NCBI RefSeq assembly: GCF_006345805.1
Contig: NC_043006.1
Location: 28,396,001-28,460,000 of the forward strand
DNA: 64,000 bases
From: Octopus sinensis
Lineage: Eukaryota
Direction: 5' to 3'
A program made the translations under genes and the position numbers. How positions within the stretch are numbered: position 1 is the stretch's first letter; every line of letters starts with the position of its first letter. Shown one piece after another: positions 38,416 through 51,649 of this stretch. The notes below the pieces were generated by a model. It ran no database searches and had not been told where the DNA came from. It saw nothing but the letters and a program-made list of their open reading frames with translations.

Positions 38416-40025
38416 TGGTCGGGTCGTCGGCGACTAAACCGGCAACCCTACCAAACTTGCTTGGTGAGGAGGGTGTTTATTGGACACCCTGCGGGATGAA
38501 AAACAAAACCCGTCAAAGGGCAGAGGACCTCTTGAGAGTCAACGGCTATCCAATAAATGTTAGCATGGGTACGCAGAAATTCCGGGATGGTTTCCGGCGT
38601 GCCGAAAGACCACTGGGAGTGAGACGCCCCTCAGCTTTTGTTAAAGCATGTCTCTAGGAGAAGGTCACTTTGATATAAAACCAGATATTCAGGGAATGGC
38701 ATTGGACATTTTGGGGATCTTTGGTTTGCGCTAGAGATCACGGCGCTCCCACATTCCTGAGCCTGCGACTGGATATGTGCATTTTTCCCCCTCTATATAT
38801 ATTTATCTTATTTTTAGTATATATTTTATTCTTTTTTAGTACATATTTTTATTTTTTTATTCAAAAGTCCTGCGGCGATGGGAAGGTGGTAAAGTATGCA
38901 GACCTGACGGGTTGGAAGCATGTAGTCAGCAACCTGCAGGTAGGCGGCCCATGCTAGATATAAAGTCATCTCCTTGTCGCCCAAGACAGCGGTAGGATTC
39001 GGTTGCTGCATGGGTGTCTGAGCAGCTCCATTTGGAGAGGGCACTGCTCCCCGGAAACCGGGGAGGTTCTAGAAAAGGTGAACCATAAATTGCCTGTCTT
39101 TCCATATCTGGTCAGTTTAGCGCGACTGACGGATATCCACCCTGCGCTCGAAAAACAAAGAGGCTTTTATCTATAAAATCTGGACGGAACTTAAACATTT
39201 CATGTTGGAATGTGCGCACTCTGTTGGACAACAAGAGTGATTGCAGGCCTGAAAGACGCACTGCACTTGTTGCTCGTGAGCTGAACCGCTATAAAATTGA
39301 TATAGCTGCACTCTCAGAGACTCGTATAGAAGGTGATGGTCAGCTTGAGGAAGTAGGAGGTGGATACACCTTTTTTTTTTGGAAAGCAAGGCAGAAGGAG
39401 GAGCGCAGAGAGGCTGGTGTTGGTTTTGCAGTCCGATCTGATATCCTTAAGAAGTTAGAAGAGCTCCCTGTTCCTATAAATGAACGTATAATGACGCTAC
39501 GTTTGCACTTGAAAGGTAAGCGGTTTGCTACTCTAATAAGTGCCTATGCACTTACTTTGACTAGCTGTGATGAAAATAAAACAATCTTTTATACCCAGCT
39601 GTGAGAGCCATACTTAGAAAAATCCCCAATTCTGATAAAGTCATTCTACTGGGGGATTTTAATGCCAGGGTTGGAACAGACTGGCAAACATGGAACTCTC
39701 CAGGACGTTTTGGAGTAGGGAAACTGAATAGCAATGGTCTCATGCTACTGGAGCTTTGCGAAGAACATGGGCTTTACATTGCAAGCACTCATTTTGTGCA
39801 CAAAGGTGATCACACAACAACATGGATGCATCCAAGGTCCAAAGTTTGGCACTTGCTGGATTATGTCATCATCCGCAAGCGCGACATTTTATGACATTTG
39901 TAATGTCAAGTCCTTGCATGGATCAGAATGCTGGACAGACCACAGTCTGGTGCGAGCAATGGTGATTAGGTGCGAAAGAGAGAAAAGGACCAGTCAGCAT
40001 TCTTCGCCGTCTAAATGTCCACAAG
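38416..40025 (+). mobile_element. RTE-BovB-like LINE, 5' portion (5'UTR + APE endonuclease), inverted relative to its RT
   Basis: WNVRTLLD...RRTALVARELNRYKIDIAALSETR, ILLGDFNARVG, TTWMHPRSKVWHLLDYVI, CWTDHSLVR. Ends RRLNVHK, where the minus-strand part resumes with QHDVVVRKELQ. Confidence 0.9.
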
Positions 40026-40029
40026 GTAT

Positions 40030-40061
<32 letters not shown>

Positions 40062-40144
40062 TTTACTGAATGCGACAATCTTCTTAAGAAACATAAACAA
40101 ATACATTTGACAAATATGGTACTCATATCGAAATTAAGCCATAC

Positions 40145-40200
<56 letters not shown>

Positions 40201-40203
<3 letters not shown>

Positions 40204-40508
40204 CGTGATTACCGTGACCGACCAGGCTATCAGATGTTGCTACACATCGCTGGTCACAATGCGCTTCGCATTGTTTTCGCCTTCAAATGACGCCACCCCG
40301 CTGGCTAAGCGAGCAGGCCAACAGAAGAAAGAGTGGGAGAAAGTTGTGGCGAAAGAGTACAGCAGGGATTGCCACCATCCCCTGCCGGAGCCTCGTGCAG
40401 CTTTATGTGTTTTCGTTCAAAAACACTCACAACGCCCGGTCTGGGAATCGAAACCGCGATCCTACAACTGCGAGTCCACTGCTCTAACCACTGGGCCATT
40501 GCGCCTCC
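40201..40508 (-). mobile_element. tRNA-derived SINE, third family (tRNA-Arg-like head)
   Basis: Minus strand GGAGGCGCAATGGCCCAGTGGTTAGAGCAGTGGACTCGCAG...GGTTTCGATTCCC with box A/B, then a non-tRNA body. Confidence 0.8.
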
Positions 40509-40778
40509 ACTTTTTCTTAAAGAGTCAGCAGAAGTCTACCGGAGCCGCGTTTATGTGTGCGTGTATACACACAACACACACATACATTCTGAGGGCGATA
40601 TTTTCAACCGAGACGTTACAATCGTATTTGGTTCCTCAATGTTTACTAAACTTATGTGTATATACGTCTACACATAGGTATGTATGTATGTATGTATGTA
40701 TGTATGTATGTATGTATGTATGTATGTATGTATGTATATATATATGTATGTATGTGTGTGTGTGTGTATCTATGTATG

Positions 40779-40809
<31 letters not shown>

Positions 40810-42379
40810 TACTTGCTGACGCGGATGTCGACTTGTGTATATACGTGTATAAATGTATGTATGCGAGTCTTGTGAGTTTTCGAATGAGAACGCCGGAGCG
40901 GCGATATCAAATTTATTTGTATCATATTTGATGTTTCATGTCTTCCCTTCTCACAATATGCGGTAAGTTTTTTTTTCCAGTTGAACGTTAGTTAAATATC
41001 CCTATCCAGTCATACTGAGGTGATTACAGAAGTAATTGTGTTCCCAGATGGTGTCCTAATTATTGCTGTGTATCAACCTACTACACCAAACTTATTCAAC
41101 CAACTGCCTTTACTGTTGTGCAATCCGGTGGGGGTGGGGGGTGGCAATGAAGGTCTCAATGTATCGCTGGACATGCCAGAAAGAGCAGCCAAATATTCGT
41201 AAACTTGCAACCCAGTCTTAAAAAAACAAAAAGGAGGGTACCGTACATTGAATAATGCATTCCTTGACAAACTATGTCTGAGAATAACGAAACAGGAATG
41301 TCTCTTTTGACCATAGGTCTGCTCGATCGAGGTTTAGCTGAGGTTAAACAACAACAGCAATTAATCCACTAAATGAAATGCAGGATTTGAAGAATGTAAA
41401 AGGTTGTTGAGCAAAGCCAGCAGAAAGCTAACAGAAGAAAACCGAACCCAGTCAAAAGTACAGATGAACGCATTATCGGGTCAACGACGAGTAATAATAT
41501 GAGGGGTCTTTAAAATAGCCGAGCTGGTAAATGTACGCGATATAAGACAACTTTTAAAAACAGTTGGACCACAATTCTCGCCAGAACATGTCTAGAAAGA
41601 TACTCTATGCAAAATCCGAGAATCGTCTAGTTTTTTTATGGTCACCCTAACCAACGTTGAGCCACGGAGAGGAAATCTATTTTATCTGAAAACTGAATAG
41701 TTTTCAATACAGGCTTCATTCATTATAAGCAATTTGGTAAAAAGGAATTTCTTGGAACCACAAACAGTAAACTTTTCAGAGTAATTGTTGCAGCGGCCGA
41801 GGTATTATATATGTGTGACCATGAAACATCAAATACCGTCACTTCCGTAGTTCCCACAGTGAAGGACACACAGTGGATATAACATAAAGTTGGGTGTGTC
41901 GCGATTTTCCAGTCGCCCGAGTGACTACGTCTGACGATGCTTCTGTGCTCTGTCTAAGAAATGGTTTGTACTCACAGCTGCCTGTTTATGAGCTGGTGTA
42001 TCGTATTCCGTTCTGTTATTTAAAAAAAATATACAGTAATTTAACTATTCCATTAATAGGACACCAAGCGAAATAATGAGGGTTGTTATGATCGACGTAT
42101 AATCCTTGAAGGTTATCTACAGCATAATAATAATAATTGCTTCTAGTTTAGGTACAAAGCTAGTCATTTTGAGGTGTTTGTAGCTAGTCAAACCCATCGA
42201 ACCCAGCATTTGCTGTTACTTAATTTTATCGATGGCAGGTGAGGTTATCCTCGGTGGGTAGATCAAGATTCTTCGCTGATTGTGTGAATGCTCGAAATAG
42301 CTAGTAATTCGTCGGTATTATAATTGATATTTACACTTGGATATTATTTTGACACTCAACTATTTATATACATAAAGTC

Positions 42380-42789
42380 GGTAATTGTTCAGTTTACGTT
42401 CGTTAAATCAAAACGTATTGTTGACAATATAACTTTGATTTTACTTTCAGTTTTTGTTTTTTCTCAGTTCTTGTTTATTTTATATCATTTTTGAGGCGTA
42501 CTTTTAGCTGCAAGTCTGTTTTATGAAAGGAAAGAAGAAAGCAGTAAGAAATAATAGCTAGATAACCAGTCAGAAATACAGATTATGTGTGAGAGATACA
42601 AATAGATAGTTTTATAATTCGAGTAAATAATAATTTTCTCCAAAGCTAGAACTCAGTTGTAAATAACAGATAAAGACGATGAGGGACAACAAGAGTGAGT
42701 AAAGTATCAGATAACATACTTTAGTGTATTTAGTTATCCTTTTACTTGTTTTTTTTTGTTTTTTTACGAACGTAAACTGAACAATTACC
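42380..42789. mobile_element. MITE with 24-bp TIRs (GGTAATTGTTCAGTTTACGTTCGT)
   Basis: 42380-42403 versus 42766-42789, inverted. Flanking 8-mers ATAAAGTC / CTAAAGGC match 6/8 (decayed TSD). Confidence 0.75.
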
Positions 42790-42949
42790 CTAAAGGCATT
42801 GGTAACGACTGCAATCACAGAGTAACTACCTACCATCTAAGTCTAGCTAAACATTGTTATAGACATCGTTTCAGATTTAAATATCTCGCATTTAATAAAC
42901 AGCAACTTCTATTTTGAAATGTATTTCAGTTTAGACGTTTTAAATTATA

Positions 42950-43131
42950 TTATAGAATATTTATTATTATCGCTACTGTTATTTTGTTAGTAATTTCAAA
43001 TAAATTTTCGCATCAAATGTTGTTTTGTCATTCGTCCTTCACCGTTTGTCCTTCATCAAACAGCTGAGGCCTTGACATTGTTGTTGCGTCACACTCTTAT
43101 TTAGTCGGACTTTTAACGATTTAAAGTCGTG
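42950..43131 (+). promoter_or_regulatory. Candidate constitutive promoter / non-coding first exon of AGL
   Basis: CpG-retaining non-repeat segment ending in GTG|GTGAGT (GT at 43132-43133), about 1 kb before the CpG-depletion boundary. Start approximate. Confidence 0.4.
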
Positions 43132-44496
43132 GTGAGTCCCCTCTTCATTATTTCATTTGTTATTATCTGTATTGTTGTTTTCCTCTTAATATGCAGAGAA
43201 GGAACTTGACAAGATTCTCGTTATCGGGATGCTTATTTTGATTCTCCGCGATGTTGTGTTATTTTGGGTTTACAGTAGCTCTTACAAATGTCTTTACTAG
43301 TTAAGTCTATCTTACATTGCCTTCTAAATATGAAATTATTATTGCTGATGGATTATATTGAATTTAATTAAATCATCATTTGTTTTGTTATTGAAGCCAT
43401 ACAATCATTTATTACCCCGCGACAACGACCACCTACATCTAAATCGGATGTCTTATGTAAAGGAATCGATATATTCTGTTGTTGTTTAATCCTGTCAACC
43501 TCACCGAGCAAGACCTGATCAAAAGTATTCCAACCATTGCCACATCGTTTCTTTTTTATCTTTTTAAATATAGTACATCTTGTTGTACACATCCTATTTG
43601 TTTATAAGGGAGTGTTTGGGGTGATTTGGCTGCTGTTTCTTGCAGGTTGATCGACACAGACTCGTATATTGTACAAGCAGAATGATATATTGTTTAAACA
43701 ACCTTTATAATGATATATTACTGATTTGCATTGTTCAAGTAATGATGAAAGTCACTTTGCATAAATGATTTAACTACAGTGGCAGTGCCAAGGTTACACA
43801 TATATACTATCATTGCATTTTACTCGTTGCGCTGCGGCTGTTCAGGATGACAACTTTAAAGGGTTTTAGTCGATATCAATCGTAATAATTATTTTTGCGA
43901 AGTATATTCATCCAGTCGCTAATATTTTTGATACAACACATGCAATGGCATTGACAGACAGACACACGCCCACACGCAGCAGTTTAGTTTAAATGTTGCT
44001 CTACACCTTGTATTGAGAACTCTCTCCCTCTTGACGAAGAGCACCTGGCAAGACTCCCCCCCCCAAAAAAAACAAATACAGGCGGAGGCCTTTCCAAATA
44101 AACCAAAAGTATTGCCCATATATGTTGATATTTAAAAACATTTCACCCAAGTCTACGTTCTATACACATATAAAACTTACAGAACACAAACACATTGCGA
44201 CACAACTATTTTGCCTCAACCAGTCCTATTTTACTAAATATTCCAAAACAAATCAAGGAAGAAAAACAACCCCGTAACATTTATACATTATTTGGAAAAA
44301 ATTCTCTAGAGACTATCAAACAAACTGCCTGGGTACATTTTGGTCAACAACAGCTTCTTACTTGAGTAGGCAATATTGACACAGAACAGGACTTAATCAT
44401 GACTTTACTAGGTCGTGCTGTTAAGATAAGCAGTTTGGCCCAGTACTCAAAGAAATGTCTAATTTTAGGTTTGTATATAAAGATAAAAAAATACAT

Positions 44497-44541
<45 letters not shown>

Positions 44542-44899
44542 AAATTCAATTAGAGGTGTGTAAACCTCATGAGGGAATAGTTTCATCCAAAGAAATACTG
44601 GTTCAATACCTAGTATTTTGGGGGGAATGAATTTCTTTAAAATAATAGGTATATATAAAAACGTAGTTTATATTCATTTAAAAGAAGAAAAGAAAATGGA
44701 GATTAGAAATTTAATAATTGTTTATTATTAACAGCAAATTGGTCATCTTCACTTACAGCTGTTTCAATTAATGCTCAAAAACATTAAATTTACATTAATG
44801 TGAAGAAGATGTGCATTTGGATGTTATATGTGTGCTTATGAATTCTTTAGCAGAAAGGAACGGATTTATTGTTGTGAGAATATGGTAGTGGGGAGTAAT

Positions 44900-46840
44900 C
44901 TCACCACTACATTCTTATAAATGGCGTAGGACAATGAAGTAGTGTAAGAAATTAATGTGAAAGAGAGAGAGAGAGAGAGAGTAGAAAAGTGATAGATGTG
45001 TAGAGGGTGGATCCCTCACTATCCCATATTAAAAGGGATAAATATGGGCAGAAGGTGAGGCAGGGAAAGAGATAAGAGTAATGAAGATCTGGAGATGTCA
45101 ATGTTAGTGGGACATTGTAGATTAAGAGTGTAGTGGGTGTGTGTCATGGAGGAGGAGTCAGAAAGGAAGAGAAAGGTCATAAGATTGTATGGAAACCTTG
45201 ATGTTGGTGTAAGAAAGAGGGACAGTTGGTTAGGGGATTACTGGGAGAATGCAGTGAGAGAAAAGCTAGAGGAAATTAAGGAGGTGATAGGGTCGGGAAG
45301 AGCAGAAGGTGAATGCAGTTAAAGCATCCTGAGAGAAAGGGAAGCAGGGAGAGAGCAGCAGGCTGGTTCATCAAGAGAACCCCAGGCTGAAAGAGTGGGT
45401 TTCTCCAGCACATTCATTGTTCTTTGTCATCACTTTTGTGAGGTTCAGTATCTTGAGATCAGTTCACACCATTTTGTTCCATGTTATCCTAAGGTTTTCC
45501 TCTTCCACAGGCCCCAACAACTTTGAGCCTATTGCACTTCTTTAAGCAGTTGTCGTTAGACATAAACATCACATACCCACAAACCCAACAATTCTGACTG
45601 CCCCATTGTCTCTACCTGTACATGATACTAACAATAACCTCCTCCCCTGGTTGCCTCTGCCTTCTTTTCACCATGGACTTCAACATTTTATATACTGTCA
45701 TTCCTCTGAATACTCAATCTCCACATTACTCTTTATCTTAAAACCTCTTCAATCCTCCATTTAACTCAATTTGTTCGCATTACCCATTGATGAAATTAAT
45801 GTACAGTTCTCTGGGGCGGCCATGGATACAAGACTGGTACTCAAATATGCCAACTTATTTGTTGGCTACATTGAGTCCTATATCATTTTCCAGTTCTCTC
45901 ATGACAAGCTCTTACATTCTCTTACTCATCTCCTTTCATCCCTCTCTTCATTTCATCTCTGTCTCTGACACTTCCCTCAATTTTCTTGCCATTACTGTCT
46001 CTATCAACCATCCCATCCTCACTCTCTCCATTTCTGTTTTCTTCAAACCTACTGACTTCTACTCTACTCTCAGTTCTTCTGTTTTCACTGCCTCTGTAGC
46101 CATAACCATAACTTTGAGACTCAGACTCAAAACATGGCTGAACTATTATCCACTTATCCAATCTGCATTATCCATGCCCTGCCATTAACTATGCCTTGAC
46201 TCTTACACCTCATGTCCAAAATCCAACCTACTACACCCACTTTCTCCTTTCCTATAATTTTGCCTCCCTGCCCTTCCACTGCACAATCCTCCACCTCTTC
46301 TGTCACCACCAGTCTGACCCTGCCACCTCTCATTTTCCCCTAATACACTCCTTCTTTTAAGCGTACCTGTTACCTAGACAGCCTTTTTGCTCTTGGTTCC
46401 TCTACACTTCCTCCTAGATCCCTTTTCTGCTTCCATCCCAACTGCTACACCTGCCCTTTAGTTTCCAGCATCACCACCCTCACTGGATCCAATTATTGCG
46501 CCTTTTACAGGAAGGAATTCTTCTGATGCACCTCCAGCAACTTCATATATGCACTCTAATATTCTCTCAGTGATTTGATCTAAATTGAGTAAACTGGCCA
46601 GGAATTGTCTGATGAGTTTGTAGAGCACGTCAGTGACATCTGACTTGTGAATGGATTGCTTGCCTTTTAACATTTCTGCTCCTTTGATCATTCTGTCCAA
46701 CACCTCTTAGTCTTTGGCTTGGACTCCAACACTGGATCTCTTACCATTTGCTTCCAGAATGAACAAAAATTCATCTTCTTTCTCAAAACTTACTCACCTT
46801 TTGGTTTAAATGCATCCTCTTATATTTTCTGACTTGCACT
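44900..46840 (+). mobile_element. Old Penelope-like element (RT + GIY-YIG on +), preceded by an inverted related 3'-end segment (about 44900-45420)
   Basis: FTMDFNILYTVIP, SGAAMDTRLVLKYANLFVGYIES; decayed CYTCP...TSSNFIYAL...GQELSDEFVEH endonuclease region. Confidence 0.65.
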
Positions 46841-46914
46841 AATCCATTCATGGTCCAAAATTACATACCTTATCCTTCTACTCTCCCCTCTCTTCCCTTC
46901 TTTCCTGCAGCCTC

Positions 46915-47290
46915 ACCTTGTAAAGCAACTGTGGTCTGGGATATGCCATTACACACAAGCAGGGAAATCAAGGATAATACACCAGATATGGGTTGTCAAA
47001 GACCTCCAGGAAAAGTAATGGAAAAATTATCTAGATATAAAGATCTTAAAATAGAGGTAACCTAGATGCGGGGCCTGAAAGCAGAAACAATCACTGTGAT
47101 AATAGGTGTTTTTGAGAATATTCTGAAAAGTTCAAACCCTTGTACTTACAAATATATGTAACACACAGAAAACAGCACTGCTAGGCACCACACACATTGC
47201 ATAGAGGACTTTCAATACAGTAAAAATAATAAGACTAGAATAAAACACTGCACATATCTAATGCACAGAGTTTTGTCCGGTAATTAATGA
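46915..47290 (+). mobile_element. R4/Dong 3' fragment
   Basis: TVVWDMPLHTSREIKDNTPD...EKLSRYKDLKIEVT...QKTALLGT; followed by (ACT)n/(AAC)n. Confidence 0.75.
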
Positions 47291-47369
47291 GAGCACACAA
47301 TGAAAATAAGCCTACTACTACTACTACTACTACTGCTGCTGCTACTACTACTAACAACAACAACAACCC

Positions 47370-47580
47370 CTTTCTGTTATAGGCACAAGGCCTGAAATTT
47401 TGAGTGGGGAGGGCTAGTTGTTTACATTGACTCCAGTGCTCTACTAGTTCTTATTTCATCAATCCCAAAGGGATGAAATGTAATGTTGACCGTGGCAGAA
47501 TTTGAACTCGGAATTTAAAGACAGACATAATGCCACTAAGCATTTCAGCTGTCATGCTAACTATTCTGCCAGAGCCCAAC
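47370..47580 (-). mobile_element. SINE family B, CpG-decayed
   Basis: atcaatcccaaagggatgaaa...gaatttgaactc...attctgccag. Confidence 0.7.
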
Positions 47581-47849
47581 GCCTAAACAACAACAACAAT
47601 AATAATTTTCAGCCACAAGGACTTAAAAACATATTTAGGACAATACAAAGAACAGTGGAGATTTACTTGTACACATTTGAACAATAAAGCAATAGCAGTT
47701 AACCACAAAATTAATATCGAAATTCCCAGGGCAACTAAAGAACCCTACTGATCCTGGATCATAGTGACTGCCAAGGGCACCAGAAAGAGGTGCTCTTCTC
47801 CCATCTGTGCTCTCCAGCCTACAAGCACAAGCTCACAGTAGTCCCAATT

Positions 47850-48120
47850 ACTTGGGCACCTCCTTACAATAAATTCGATACTAGAATCAAGAAAAAGGGA
47901 AAAGAAAAAGTAGAGTATCATACCATCTTGAAGTATGAAATTCTCAAATGTTGGGACAAATTTAACAAGGTCATGATTGTTCTTGTTATCATAAGGACTT
48001 TGGGAAGTGTAATGTAGAATTTGAGAGCACACTTAGGCCTTTATCTAGGAGTGGATGCAGTGCAGAAAAACCTGTTCATTTTGTGCTGTAAGACTTATCC
48101 AGAAAGTCTTCAATACAAAG
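47850..48120 (+). mobile_element. R4/Dong 3' fragment
   Basis: KFDTRIKKKGKEKVEYHTILKYEILKCW...VLVIIRTLG. Confidence 0.65.
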
Positions 48121-49870
48121 TATGGACAAGTATGAACTGCAGGAAAAATTTTTTATAGAAGGGACAAAAGAAAAAAAAGACTGCATCCTTATCTTAGACC
48201 ACAGATTGTGGTCTAATAGGAGGCATAATTAAACTAGTTACATCAATATTAATGAGTAGCAGCAGCATCGGTAGTAGTAGTAGTAGTTAGAGAAGAGGTG
48301 TGAAGGGCCAGAAACCATTAAGTGTTAGACAAAATAATATTGTATTTTATATTTATTTTCGTTATTTTTATTATTCACATCCTTTATTTCACCCCCAATT
48401 ACCCACCAGATTGATTAAATAAAAACCTGTGTTATAGTGAAGTCAATTAGGTAAATAACAGTTATGTAGCAAGGTTGATACAATTGCTCTATTTACACCA
48501 CACAAATTTAGATTTTAAGAAGAAATCTTGTTACTGTAGCAAAGAAGATGGCAGATCATCAGAATATTTATCCTGTAACGCCAGAATTAAAACACAGAGA
48601 AAGCTTTTCTAGACTGCGATCAAGAGATAGTGAGTATTAACCATTGAAAAGTGGAATACATTGGTTTACCACAAAACAGAAGTAAAGTCTATCATTTTAG
48701 GCAAATCTCTTTGTCATACAATCTGGAATTTTATGTATACTTCCTCTCTGATGAAGGATCCTGTCTGAAGCGTTAAACTTTTCTTCTTCACAGAAAACCG
48801 TTTTATTTGACTTTTTAAGTAAACGTCTTGTTACAGTATTTAGTATTATGCTTTCTTATACTGGTTTCAGATCCCATTTGAATCAAATTTGTCTTTCATC
48901 TGTCTAATGTTAGTACAAAATTTGTATGAGAGTACATTTAGTCAATTGCACTCCTTTTCTACAAATGTGAGACAACTTTGAGCCAATGCAAAGGGAATCA
49001 TTGTTTTGACAGAGGATGTGTTATAGTATGTTGTGTTTTTGTCATGATTAGTCTGTTTGACTGTTTCAGTCTTTAGTTGGAATCATGGCAAAGATTCAGA
49101 CTTCACACAAACCTCCCTCTCATTGTTCTCCAGTAACTCAGCTAACAAAATGATTATTGTTAAACACTAACATTATATTTTGTAACTAGATTGAATCACC
49201 AGTAAATAATTTGTTTGCTGATTCTTATAAACAAGAGCATCTGCTCTTGTGAGAGTCATCTGTCTAGCAGAATAGCTTTGTCTGAGGAAACCCACAATTA
49301 GGTTGAAACATTGCAGTTTCTCAAAGACCTCTTACACTGGTGAACCGTGTGTGTTATGAACATGCATCAACTAATGAGAAGAGGTCAGATATGTTTGAAT
49401 CTGCCAGAACATATTAAAAATGTATAGATATGATATTGTTTAGATTCTTGCTGTTCTGTGTGCATCCCATGCATTATTTGTCTGGCAAACATCAGTATGC
49501 ACCAGCAAATAATTTGCTGATTCCTATAAGCAAGCTATAAACAGGCTCTTGTTAGAATCATTAGTTTAATGGACTAAATACACAATAAAGTCAAAATATT
49601 ATGGTGTCTCAAAGTCCTCTTATGTCAGCAAACTAAGCGTGTTATGAATGTACATCATCTAAAGGATGGAGATGTTCTCCAAGGATGAAAAATAACAGTG
49701 ATCAAATATTCACTTTCAAAGCTAACAGACATATTAAGAATGAATAGCTACATCTATGTTAAGATTTAGCTGTTGTTCTAAATCTAAGTTATTATGAGTC
49801 ACTAACATATTTTGTTACTAAATTAAGATTTAAAAGTTCCATATCTAAGTTATTATTTGACACTAACATA

Positions 49871-51228
49871 CACTGCATCCCACATTATTAGGCAAATCAA
49901 CCTTCTCTCAATAAATAAATGTATATTGTTCAAAACCAGTTGTTTTCCCACTGACTGTTGGTAACACCTATCTGTGCACATTCTCTTAAAATACACTGGA
50001 TCTGTGCAAACACAAACAAATGACGGTCACTATCGTGTAGCAGCAACATTTCTGTTGTCCCAAATTATTAGGTAGGTGCCCAATTTAAGTGTCATTATGG
50101 GCCAGAAACATGATCTTACTTCAAATGAGAAGTCTACCATTGGGTCAGAGCTTGGAAAAAGAAAACCAACCAGAGACATATCAAAAATACTGCGAAGAAA
50201 TCACTGAACAGTAAAGAAATTTGTGTAGTCTCCCATTTCTGTCTGGTCAAGGGCAGATAAGGGTAAGTCAAGAGTTGCTTCAAATTGTACATTGTCACAT
50301 GTGAAAATGGAAGTTGTTCGGAACCCATGTCTGACAAGTAGAGAAGTCTTCAAACATTGTGGCAGGGAAGATGTGTCAAAAACTACCAGGTGTCACCTTT
50401 TGAAGCAGGTAGCCAGGAATGTTAAACTCGTTACAAGAACCCCTCTGAAGGCTATTCATAAACAGAAGAGACTGAAACAGGCAGAAGAATACATGAAGAT
50501 AGATTTTTCAACAGTTTTGTTCACTGACAAATGCCGTGCTATCCTTGACAGATCAGATGACTGGAGTAAAGGTTGGGTATCAATCAGTGGGAACTGTCCT
50601 CATCGTTTGAGATACAACAGTGGGGAGGTGAGGTCATGTTTTGGGCTGGCATCGTTGGTTGTATGAGGTCAGGCTGTGGAAAGTCCCAGATGGCATTAAG
50701 ATGACATCAAAAACATATGTTACTTTCTTAAAGCACAATTTCCAACTATGGTTCAAAAAGCAAAAACTTTCATTCAAGAGAAAGCTGGTCTTCATGCAAG
50801 ATAATGCTCCATCTCATGCAGTGAAGAATTCTAATAGGCTTCTCTGGAGGTTGTTTGATGGAGTGGTCACCTTGTTCCCCTGACTTAAACCTGTGGAGTG
50901 TCCTGAAGAAGCGCGTATACCAAGATGGACAGCAGTTTTCAAGTAAGGTTGCCCCCTGGGATGCTATTGTAGTTACTGTTCAAAACATGACACAAGGATA
51001 TCATCACCTTGACAAATTCAATGGATCAGCACGTAAGAAAGGTTATTGCATGTGGAAGATCATACATCAAACATTAAGAGCTGTATGACATCATGGTCCC
51101 ATGATTATTTCATTCAAACATATTGTTTACCATTAAGTCCTTTATGAAGAATTTTTTTGTTAAACCTTTACTGTTGAATTAAATAAATTATAATTTTTAT
51201 TATACTTGCCTAATAATTTGTGACAATG
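49871..51228 (+). mobile_element. Tc1-family transposon, decayed
   Basis: TA+CACTGCATCCCACATTATTAGGCA left TIR, tgcctaataatttgtgacaatg right TIR. Transposase from ATG 50097 with VLFTD, FMQDNAPSHA, WSPCSPDLN. Confidence 0.85.
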
Positions 51229-51649
51229 AAAATGTTTCCCAATCACAAAATTGGCCGCCATATGTTGGCATCTGCGCACATCTGATTTATTTCAACTGAA
51301 TGTGTGCAGGTAGGTGTTGCCAAAAACCAGTGGAAAAACAAATGGTTTTGAATGAATACACATTTATCTATTATGAGAATGTTGATTTGCTTAATAATGT
51401 GGGATGCTGTGCATATAGGTGCAGGTGTGGCTGTATGGTTGAGAAGCAACCAAACAGGTTTAGGCCTACTGTGTGACGCTTTGAACAAGTGTCTTTTATT
51501 ATAACTCCAAATGTAATCACAAAGCTTTGGTTGGCCTGGGACTGAGCCTGAGACCACATTGTTGGGAAGCAAGCTTCTCGACCAAACAGCCACATCTGCA
51601 TCTATGCCATGTCTAGATACTAACATTATCTTTTGTTACTAAATTTAAA

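Noticed and set aside
40420-40508. tRNA-Arg gene (and tRNA genes at other SINE heads)
   Set aside because: The tRNA-like head runs into a SINE body without a proper acceptor stem.
40940-40980. Donor GCG|GTAAGT as another first exon
   Set aside because: Phase 2 from the nearest ATG, no supporting promoter features, and an acceptor-like tract follows immediately.
48740-48780. Active sense-strand hammerhead in the AGL pre-mRNA (CTGATGA at 48748)
   Set aside because: GAAAC is mutated to GAAGC and stem I does not pair.
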